Below are positions 52,301-64,000 of a DNA stretch of 64,000 bases, one piece after another; the stretch's first letter is position 1; each line of letters opens with the position of its first letter. The DNA is from the human T2T-CHM13v2.0 reference genome, Homo sapiens: the NCBI RefSeq assembly GCF_009914755.1, contig NC_060938.1, one strand, 5' to 3'. The notes beneath the pieces were generated by a model. That model saw only the letters and a program-made list of their open reading frames with translations, had not been told where the DNA came from and searched no databases. The translations under genes and the position numbers were made by a program.

Positions 52301-55300
52301 ATGATTGCATTCAGAATTTCATGATCTGTGTAGTGGAACAAATTGAAAGCAAAGCCTGTATCAATCACTGTGAAGGGAGGGTTAATTGTTACCGCTTCTC
52401 AAGCCTCTGGACAGATAAACCAGTAATGAAATACTTATTGCTCTGATATGTGAATGCTAAAGGATGAAACAATGGAAACAGAAGCCGTCTTCAGAGATAA
52501 CCAAATAAGCAAAGAGAAAAGAATGAACTAGATGAAAGTATGGAACTGTGTACTGCATTAACTCTCTTAAAGTAATATTATTTTTAGTCTCCTACCCATC
52601 TTTTACTGGCAGGTTAGGGCAGTATCATATATCAGGTTGATAAAGCCAAATAAGAATATAAATGGAAACCATTTTTTTCTGTTAAAAAGAAAAAAGAAAA
52701 AAGGAAAAAGTCCAGCCCTATGCTTTATATGAACTCTGTATATTTTATAAAAATAATTATTTCATATTACTAATTATATCACTGTTTAAGGTATTCTTTT
52801 TAAAAAAATTAGTTATGCTACATGTATTAAATTTTTATATGCATAGATGTCTTACATTCTAGAATGTTTTAAAGGATTGTTTTCTTTGAAGAGATTTTGG
52901 AATTTTTGGTTTATTATACACCAAAGTATAGAGGAAATAGTGTAATACATAAAGAAATAGTAAAATAAGAATTAGTGTGGCAAAGAAATCATGAGATTAA
53001 ATACATTTAACTATTTCTTCCATATGAACTTAACATTTAAACATCCGTTAGTTACTTATATGTTGAAATATATGCAAAAATATTTAGCCAAATTGAAGTC
53101 TTAGGTCCATGACAATCATCTCAACACAGTGGGTAGTTCTGAAAATTAATGAGAATGATAATACTGTAAAGACTGTTCCAGAGTTTGCCCAAATTCATTA
53201 TCTAAGACTCTTGTTAAGAACATCTCAAAGAATTTTAACCAGGAAAATATATTAATGGTTCAAAAGCATTTTCAAAGCCCTGAATTACAAAAGTATAATG
53301 GAATTATATATGCAAGAGTTATAGTTAGCAGCACAGATAACAGAAGCATTATAAAGGCATATTTTTCCATAACCTATACTGCTCTTGCATGTGGTTTCAT
53401 CCATAGGGTTTAATTTCATACATGCATATATTATTGCTGTTAGGATGAGAAAGATCAGGATCATTTAAAAAATAAAACATAGGGAAGCTTATAACTATAA
53501 AAAGTTAGGTATATCTACATTTCAGCATCCATTTCAGATGTGATACAACTACTAGCAAGGTACAACAATCTTAACAAAAAGAAATAATCTTCCCACATCT
53601 TTGTATTTACCTCAGAATGTTAAGAATTTCCTGAGGCCTTAATCTGTGCCGTATTGATGTGGCTGCATAGCAACTGAAACAAATGATTGAGACATAGCCC
53701 TTTTTACGATAGTGACACCATCCTCTAGCTAATGTGGTTTTGTGTATTTTAAAAGATAGCTGTAATAGTATTGCCATAACATTGCTGAATCAGGATTTTT
53801 AAACTGCCAGTGAAATACACTAGGACAGAAGTTAGTAGAGAGCTCTCAAAGTCAAGATGCACCAAAAGGTGTCAATCTTTGTGTACAACAATGGGCAGGC
53901 AAAAAGCAAGAGTTCCATTACTCAGTAATAAATGTGTACTTAAGACAGAAGCCCGTGGATATCGAGATTGTCAGGGCAATACATTATGAATTACCACTGG
54001 TTACTTGCTGCTTGGGAACTAGTGCAGCAGCATGGAATGGCATAAATCCTGGTCACCAGTGTCAGTCTTCCATTATCTTTGTAGGAAGTTGTATTCTACC
54101 TAGGTTCTTTAACCTTTCAGAGCCTCAGTTTCTTTATTTTCATACTGAGTTGCTAATACCTACTTCCAGCTGCAAAAATCTATGATTATGTGATTTGAAT
54201 TATGTGGATATATAATATAAAATAATGAGATGAGGTATTATAAATGGCAGATTGTTTTTCCAATGGCATTAACATTTACAAATATTCCATATTTATAAAA
54301 TGATTAAATAAATTTTTTATGTCAAATATGGTGCTTGTTATATAGATTTCAGTCCATAAAATATAGGATGTTAAATATTTTTCTTCATGAAAACATCTTT
54401 GAAAGGAAACATCTTATTTCAAGAGTGTCCAGAGGACTTTGCAATGGAAGCAATAGGATGCCTTAAGTTAAATTTTAAAGTGACATATGATGCTAAGACT
54501 CAATGTAACACTAAAGAAAAATACTAAAATGTTTGGAGATAAGTACATTTGTTTCTTAAATTCAATTGAGACAGTAGAAGAACTCTGGAAATATTGGAAA
54601 ACTAGATGATATACAATGAAGAAGGAAGTTAACAATGTAATATTTGATGGATAGGCAACTGCTTAAGGGAATAACTAATCTCTGAAGATTTTGTGTGTTC
54701 CTAAAACATTTATAGAGGAATAAATTTCTGTAGTGAGATAGTTACCCAAACTACAACAGTTATTTATTTCTTTTTAACCTTGTTTTTAAAAAGCACTTTC
54801 TCCTAATTCTTCTCCTTTACTTGTAAAGGTGAACTGATTTGGGGTTTGTAGTGCAGACAGATTTGAAGATTTACGAGTGGATAAGATTTCTTACATCTAG
54901 TAAATTAATGACTTTTAAAATAGAGGTATCACTTATTTATGGTTTCTGGAAAATTCCCAATTAATGATACTTAATAGGTATTGCATGTATATTTTTGTAA
55001 GATGATTAACTTTTTTGCTTAATTTCTATATGTGTGTGTAGATTATACATATATTCTATGTATCATATGTAGATTAAGAGTATTTCATCCCTATAACTAT
55101 GTAGTTATAGCTCTTGTCAGTAATAATTGAATATACCGCTGATAAAATATTGTTCCCCAAAGAAATACTCAGTTCTACAAAAGGTAATTTTCTATTTTTC
55201 CATTATGAAGACACTTAGGAAAATGTTTTAAAATGTTATAATGTGTACTAGACTTCCGTAACTCCTTTTTCCCCCTCATCACTCATCAAAACTCTGTTTT

Positions 55301-55747
55301 CCTGAAGCTAATTTTGGCTAGGTACTAGAAGATGATCTGATTAGAATAATTCAGAGTTAGGGGTGAACTTTATTTGAATTTTTAAAATGAGCCTATCAAA
55401 ACAAACATGTTTTCAATTAATAGAACATGAAAAACCTTTAGTGTGCCCTTGCTTGTCTCCCATACCACGCATATAGATACATTAGTCAACACTTTGAAGT
55501 ACCTCCCCTGGAAACAATGTCTCATAGTGACATTGTTTTAGAAAAAAAAAATTTAATTTTATCACAACATTGAGTATAAAAATGGGTAAATGTCATGAAT
55601 TGGGTTAAATACCTGTGTTGTACATATTTTCATTGCTAACCATATTTTTCTGTCTAGTTAAAAGTCACTAACTGTGGTAAAAATCTACCACCAATGAAGA
55701 AATTTAGAATTGAGTGATACGTAGTGTCAACCAAAATTGGAAATACC

Positions 55748-56112
<365 letters not shown>

Positions 56113-56536
56113 CTACTCAGTGTTGAAATAGAATTTAAATTTGGGATTTATAGATGGCTATAGTATTTTTTTGTAGAAAGGCCTCCACAGCAAGTATTTA
56201 GACTTGGGTTGAACCAAACCACGTTAGACTTCACAAGATCTGGACCCTTTCCCCCTCCTGCAACTGTTTTCATTTACTAAGTGTTGTTTCAAGGATAAAC
56301 ACCAAGCTGTATCCTGCTGCTATTCACTTGTAAGCAGCATCTATTTCATACGAGGTCACAAAGACTTTCAGTAGGCCCTGACTGAGTGAGGCGTCTTCTG
56401 TCCTGTGGTCCATCAGTGTTGTAGCAGTCAGTGAATGGGCTTCAGGAAATCCAATAATCTACTGAAACAGCATCTTCATACCATTTTATCAGTTATTCGA
56501 GGGGGTCTGTTTTCCCTAAAGATCTATGTCAAGAAT

Positions 56537-56955
56537 TGTGAAGGATCTTAGATTTTACTCTGCTTGCAAGCCATGGCCTGCCACACTTTAATGAATGCCG
56601 GGTCGGAGATGAAGGACAGTTTATTACTCACAGCATTAACAGTAGTCAGAATATTAGTGTGTAAGGTAATTATCTGAGCCCCAGTTCCCACAGGGTGATA
56701 AAAAGAGGGTCAAATGATACCTGCACACACAGTAGTGCAGTAGGTTGTGTTACAAGAGGACCCTTGAGTTTAGGGAACTTGAATCTTTTAAAACAGGCAG
56801 TAAACATGTCTTCCTTTTACTCTGGAGGAAGACACTGTGTCTTCCAAGACTGTTCTCTGTACAGCCTTAATTAGGCCTTAACAAAGGACAGTTAATAGTA
56901 CTTTGTCTGCAAGATGTGCAGAAATGTGAGAGACATAGAGACTTGTCTCTCAACA
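56537..56955 (-). mobile_element. LTR40-like ERVL solo LTR
   Basis: TG...CA ends. The minus strand begins tgttgagagacaagtctctatgtctctcacatttctgcacatcttgc and carries an AATAAA (tttatt at ~56620). Confidence 0.75.
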
Positions 56956-59900
56956 ATCTGAAGCACTAAAATGGGGATTATTATAGAAGGATGAGAGGAC
57001 CTAGTGGTGGCATAGTCCTGTAGTTGAGAGCTGCCTTGAGCTTAATGCAACACAAAGTCAACAATTTGGAGAGAAAATGATGAAGGTTCCAAATATGTAA
57101 TCTTCCCCAAATTTCTTAAGCATTAATCATGTGATGGAGTACACCAGGTTTGTTTCGGTTTAGCTGATTCAGTAGTGGATGGGTCCTAATGATGTTAATG
57201 TATTCCTGTTCTCATGTCTTCTATTTATCACTGTTGGTGTTTGTCCTCTTTTGTAAGCATGCTCGCTTCCTGGTTTGTTCTATTTACCCATAAACTTTAA
57301 CTTGTTTAAAGTTCACTTTTTCATCTTTACATTAGATCGCTTAAATTTCTCCATAACCCAATAAGATAGGTTCTGTAATATTTCTCTTTTATAGATGAGG
57401 TCATAGCTAGTAAAGTTTTGAAATTGGATTTAAGCCTCAGTCTGGACTGATGGGATGACATTCTTTTACCATGTTAGCTACCTTCTGACTCTTGTAAAGT
57501 TGTTTTCTAGTTCATTCTTTCTTCTGGGGCCCCTCCATTTCCCCACATAACTATTCTGCATCATACTGTTTTTCTCTTCCCTATACCCTTCTCCTAATCC
57601 CAGTATGAGTCTAGCTGACCCTATAGCTCTCCTCTTCTATCTTGCCTTTTAATACCTCCCATAGACATTGTCGGTATTAAGCATTTTTGCACTCTCAAAT
57701 TGTACTAAATCATCACCTTACTTATCTTCTGATTCCATAGTAACTGTCCTGTAAAGCTAATGATTGCAATTATAACATAAATAGGTTGACCAAAAGTTTG
57801 ATCATGCCTAGCATAATGGTGAGGTGTTACATTAAAAGATGGTTATGAGGAGATTACAATCTTGCTTAGCAAGTTGTAAACTGTAGTTCTATTTCCTGCA
57901 TAATTTATACCATCTTTTCGATTGTGAATAGACATGCATTTTGTAAATTATGGTGGCATGGGCATTCTTATGGTCATAATATATTCCTACCTTTTGCATG
58001 GAGTCACACTTTTGTATGTACCATAAGTTGTTATTGTAGCTCACTTAAAAGGCTTGGTCAAAAGAACCTGTGGCTTCTGGTCAACTCAGATTCAATTTTA
58101 AAATTAAGCATTCACCTGCAATCAATGTCCAATGATTTGGCATTTTGCTTTTTCCCTTTCTAGTCTTCTAGCTCAAGGTCTATCTCAATAGGATATAACA
58201 ATATATATAATTTAATGCAAATTAATTATCGAAGTGTACTCTAGTAAGTAGTGAGATCACACAGACCAAAATATACTTTGTTGGATACATTGCAGTCTTT
58301 CTCTGCAATGGGACTACTTATGTAACTTACATAAACGTCAGTCCAATATGTTTGGAGATCATGCTAAGACATCAAGCTCTAAGATGCTCATGAAGAGGAG
58401 ACAAGATAACATGGAAATTATCTGTCTTTTGAGAAGCTGATCATAGTTCACTATCAGAATCTATTGCGAAAACTCAAGATATCCATAACCAATATTGAGG
58501 ACCATTAACCAAAATGATGGATGATGAAGAAATAAAATATAGTCTTCTTCTGTACCTGTCTTTTTACATAAATTGTGACCTTTCTAGAAGGGAACAAATT
58601 GGTCTCCATTTTGCACCCCCAGTGCTGAAACACCTTCTTGGAACAGAGTTAGAAAATGAAGGAATAAATGAATTCCAGTTCTAATTCTGCCTATTGATAT
58701 TTACATTTCATCCCAGGAATTTCCCATTTCTGTCAAAAATCTACAAGCACGCATAACATACCCCATGATCTCAGATGTAAAAAAGAAATTAATAGAGAAA
58801 TATAAGCATTTTTCAATATGTATTTTTAACTAATGCTTAGTAATTCCTAGTGTATTTTGGGTTTCAAAATTGAATTGTTTATATCCTATGTTGTGGGGTC
58901 CCTGAAGATTATACCCCTGTAACTCTACAGATAATAGTTTTAGATTCAAGATGTGTCACAGCTCTCTATTAAGCAAGGAGTAAAGAAAATCAGTTACAAC
59001 CAAATATACCATTGATGGTTTTTTTTTAACTTTCAAATGATACCACCAAATAGATGAATTCTGGAACAATGAATGATTTCAAATTAGAATCATATTAAAA
59101 CCATTTTATAGTCAATTATAATTCCATAAAATTTGAATTGCATTAATTCTGTATTTCACAAAATTGTACCAATAATAATTTAAGTTGATTAGGCCAAAAT
59201 TGAAAAATTCGATCATGTAAAATAGAACAGGTTACAAAGAGGGCTGACAGTTTTTCTAGGGATTTCTCCTCTGTTGGCACAATTCAGTTATCACATGGCC
59301 TTGTGTATATAGTACCTATAACACAAATCTTTGCACTGAAAATATCATGCAAGGTTACATGAAATAACCACAATTAATTTAGCTCCTCACCATGATTGAT
59401 TGATAGTGGTGAACATTGTTATTTCATACAAACCAGTAGTGAGCTAAACCTTGATAAACTTGCTTGAACTTAACACATTAAAAGAAATGAAATCATTAAC
59501 AGCTCCAGGGAAAGAGTGGATCAGTAGTTCAAATATACTTATTCCTTTCTGTCTTTACTCTGGACATAGCTTACTTTCTCCAAAGTTTATAATCTGTTGA
59601 CACTGAATTTTGTCTTTAATGCATATTAGCCTTATTCAGACATATTGACATATGTCTTGAATACATGTTGGAATAAAATTTAAATACCAGTTTATTAATG
59701 CACAGGTAAGGAAACACATCCACTTTTCCAAAACCCAAATCACTTTTGATATGTTTATGTATATACCTAAGTATGTCTGAAAACACATCTAAAATATGCC
59801 CCCTCTACACACTGTGAAACTTTGGACAGAGATCTGCTCTATAACACAGTTAGAAATTCTATTCAGTGTTAATATTGAAAACTCAATCTATTGGCCAAAA

Positions 59901-60282
59901 CCTTTCTATTTTTCCAGTGAGAGCACTGAGTTCCACAAACCAATATAACCATGAATGGCTATTTGGTGTGGCGCCTTAGCATGATGATGATTTTAGTTAA
60001 TTTGTCCAAATTAATTCTGGCTTCCCAGGTCCAGATGAAACTGGTCTTCTATGTTCAGTGTCTGCGTGGGAAGATTGATCTTTTTTCTGAAAAACATATG
60101 CCATCTCTATACTATGCTCTTCTTCCCAGAAAAAGCTATGTAAATATATATGTTTTACAGTTTTAAAAATAAGATTTTAATAATTACTGGTTATTTCACT
60201 GTTATTATATATTAAACATAGTGATAAGCTCTTTATTAACTTTTTAAACATTTGAATTTGTTAATTTGTAACTTATCTTTGA

Positions 60283-60620
<338 letters not shown>

Positions 60621-61259
60621 TAAGTATTCATTTTCTATTCCAGCATTCTATTTTGCATTTGCCTATTCTCTTAACAATTTAGAAAGCTAAAAATTTTCAG
60701 TTTTGTTTAACAGAGTTACTCCCTTATCCTTTGGACTGACTTCTGTCTCTTAGTGTGGGGACTGTGCACTTCTTAATCCTGAATTTGGTGGTAAAATCAC
60801 AGTAAGCATTATGGGCTTACAGAAGTTCTCATTATCTCTGAGATTTTTAGGATGGGACATTTTGTAGCATAAGTGTAGAAAAACTAGCTTTGGAATTATT
60901 GCAGTTACATTCACTGTCCACCGCTCCAACTCAGTACAGAAAAGCTCCAGTTTAGCTTTTACATTATAACCACTCTTTGCTGTACTCCTTTAACTCAGAC
61001 TCACCCAGCATTTCCTTAAATATACTTCATCAGTTCCCCTCAAAGTTGGGCCTTTCCATTTTTAATTGCCACCTAAAGATTTATTTCTCTTTTTATAAAA
61101 GCCTGTGACCCCTATGGTCCACCTTGGTTTTTTTCATCTTATATATTATTTAAAATGAAAGTTCTCTTCCCCCAAATAACTGAATGCTTCCAGAAGGGTT
61201 AATAACCCCCACCCACCAACCCCATGAACCTACCATTATCTTCAGTCTTTCCTTAACCA

Positions 61260-61760
61260 ACTACATTCAGCTTCCTTGTATACCTCCAAACCTGAGGTCA
61301 TCTGCTGCCAATAGACACTTTGAGTTGTTATCTTCCATAATCTCTTGGCAGCATTTGACGCTGCTGATCACTCCTTTCTTTTTGAGATACTCTGATCCCT
61401 GGACTTCCATGATGCCATGCTTTTCTGGTATTCCTCCCAGTTATCAGTTTGGTTTCCAGAGTTCTGTCTGGGTTTTCTACTCGTCTCATTCTGCACTCCC
61501 TCCAGGACCCTGGCATTCATTCTCATGGCTTCATAAAAAAGACTGAAGATGCTGACAACACCAGTTTCTCATTTGCCATCAAGATCTCTCTCCTTGTCTC
61601 TAAACCCGTATATACAGCTGTGTATTGTCCATGGCCATTCATACTTCCCATGGATACCTCAAACTCAATGGAACCCAAAACTGAATTATACAATATTTAG
61701 CACATAGTACATGCTCAGTATATTATACATGAAATGAGTGAGTGGGTAAATAAATACATG
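61260..61760. mobile_element. L2 fragment
   Basis: gcagcatttgacgctgctgatcactcctttcttt...gcttccatgatgcc...ctcaaactcaatggaacccaaaactgaa...agcacatagtacatgctcagta. Confidence 0.7.
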
Positions 61761-61870
61761 GGCAGGAAACACACTAAACTTTAGAAAATGAAGTAGCCCC
61801 AGAACAGGCTCATAACAAAATGGTGATGGTGGTAGTATTATTTTGCTCTGCCAAACTATAACATGTAAGT

Positions 61871-62050
61871 CAGGAGTGTCCAATCTTTTGGCTTCCCTGG
61901 GCCACATTGAAAGAAGAATTGTCTTGGGCCACACATAAAATACACTAATAATAACGATAGCTGATGAGCTAATAAACATGGCAAAAAAAATCTCATAAAG
62001 CTTTAAGAAAGTTTAAGAATTTGTGTTGGGCCCTGGGTTGGACAAGCTTG
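61871..62050. mobile_element. MER30 hAT MITE with intact 8-bp TSD
   Basis: caggagtgtccaatcttttggcttccctgggccac...gggttggacaagcttg. TSD ATGTAAGT at 61863-61870 and 62051-62058. Internally shortened near the right end. Confidence 0.92.
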
Positions 62051-64000
62051 ATGTAAGTCTTGTTTGCTTTGACCAGTGAAATTTGTCCTTTTTAATCTCT
62101 CTTTGACCTCCTGGTTTTTAGACACACTATTTGCTTATTTTGACTGATTTTTGAACTTCTTTATTTCTGCCTCGGTGTTCTTGCTCTGAAACCTTTGCTT
62201 TGCTTCTTTTGCCCCAGAAACCACAAAACCTTTAATGCCACACTTGGCCTGGTTGTTACTAGGGGCTGCCTGGTATTTAATACAGTTGTGAGGGTGTGTG
62301 TGTGCACATGTATGCATCTGTGTGTTCACACTTCAACTGTAGTTCAAGTAAAGATTCCAAACCTAAGTAATGACCTTGAGTCTAATGTTATTAAAGTTAT
62401 AAAATTGAAATAAGCTAAGCCTTCAGAAAACTATGTTTACATTTACGTGAGTAAATATTTCATATACTTTGATTTTATTTTATTTTTGCCAGTTTAAAAC
62501 TTCTTTTCTTTCATGAAACCTTCTGCAGCCTGCATGAATTGTGTTCCAGTTTCTCATAGACAGAGACTTAATTACGACTATGATGTAAAGGAGTGAGCAC
62601 TTTCACGTAGCTGCATGAATATACACATAGTGCTGGTTTTAGAAGCGTCGGGCATACTTCATTTCCTCAGTAACAGCATCACTACTTTGTGTCGAGATTC
62701 CCGAGTATTTTTGGGTTTATTGAGAGGAAAACTCTATTTGCTGAATTTATCAAGTAGCAAGCATTCATGTAGTGATGGTATCTATGTTCTTTCTATGCCC
62801 ACCTATACCCACAAAGAGGGGATATGCTGACTGAAGTCAGGTAGCTTATGTCAACTGGCATAAACATTCTATGAATGCTACGTAAGAGACACGTGATATC
62901 TAATGATGTTTTATGTGAGTTTCAATTTTTTTTTTTTTTTTTTTTGGTGAGTAATGAGTACTTAATTGTTGAATTAGGCAGATCTGTAGTTCTTCCTGTC
63001 CTTCCCAGTATGTATTAGGGAACTTTGGAAGAGAAGTGTAATATATTGGTTATATGATAGTAATAAAACATGTGGAACAACTTTAAAAGAGAGATCACCC
63101 GAGAGGGTTTACTTACTTTTATGTTTTCTTTGTATTTATGTAGTTTTTTTTTCCATTGACTTAAATATTCTTTACATATTCCTTACACTGATTACCAAAG
63201 TTATGTAATGAGTTCTGGAGAGAAGCAGGAAAAATAATATTTATTAGAGTAGCCATGGAGAAGCCATGTCTTATGTTTGTATCCTTGAACATTTCTTGGA
63301 ACAGCAGGAGAAAAGTAAAAATAAAATCAGATTTTAATATAAAAAGAGTCATTTTTGAATACAAATGGAAGCTAAAAAGACATACCTCTTCCAGCGCTTA
63401 ATGGTGGTTGGCTGAGAGAGCGTCTCTGACAAATTACCAAGAACACCACAGTGGAATGTCAAATTGTAGACCATTTTTTAAAGGGAAGGGTGAGCAGCTA
63501 TTTCATGCACTATTACAGCTTTCATTAATTCAGAAGTAATAAAAATGGATTTTCTTCATTACTCTACCAATTAGTCAAATGCAGTCGTCCATTTATTTGT
63601 TTTTTAAAACATTATTTGGATTTCTTACTATAGAATGAAATCATTTCATGGCCATGAATTTTATTCATAGTGCATATATACTTATGTGCTTGATGTGGAA
63701 TTAGAAAAAAGGAAAGAACTTACATAAAACCTAGCAGTGATCATTTAAGAAATAGTAGCAGATGAAAACCTGCAATAAGACAGCTTTATTCATTCATAAG
63801 AACCCTGACAGCAGCGTTTTGTGTTTGGGTTAGTTTTGTTTTCCTCAGCACATGTGTTTAAACATGTTCACTAACCTCTGGAAGTATTTAGAGAAATGTT
63901 TGTGCAGCTTAATTCTCCATGTAAGTGATAATTTCATGGCAGCTCTTGAAATAAACATTTTTGTTTTTGAAAATATTTTGTGACTATTTCTATTACAGAA

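Noticed and set aside
59691-59711. CAG|GTAAGG as a recursive splice site
   Set aside because: There is no adequate polypyrimidine tract immediately upstream, and such motifs arise by chance in long introns.

Overview
Primate (almost certainly human) genomic DNA containing the 5' end of NPAS3, a neuronal bHLH-PAS transcription factor on 14q13, on the + strand. The first ~35 kb is intergenic and repeat-rich: many Alus, MIR/L2/L1 fragments, MER5A, MER58, Charlie1, an intact MER85 piggyBac MITE, MaLR/ERVL LTRs and a deleted LTR16-flanked ERVL provirus. Two CpG islands follow (~35.3-38.3 kb and ~40.8-43.0 kb). They hold an upstream first coding exon (MIRIF.../MGRAG...YQQR, 37746-37903) and the canonical first coding exon (MAPTKPSFQQDPSRRER, 42232-42281). 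The remaining ~21 kb is AT-rich intron 1. The most interesting structure is the 5' architecture. A candidate third first exon (43048-43118) ends in the same phase-2 junction as the other two. A strong-context CUG could add a polyalanine N-terminal extension, and overlapping uORFs sit over both known starts. bHLH-PAS-type ACGTG motifs cluster at the promoter edge and in intron 1. Gene identity and repeat family names come from recognition, not database searches. Boundaries of old repeats are approximate. Nearly all ORFs in the supplied track are repeat or GC-content artefacts.
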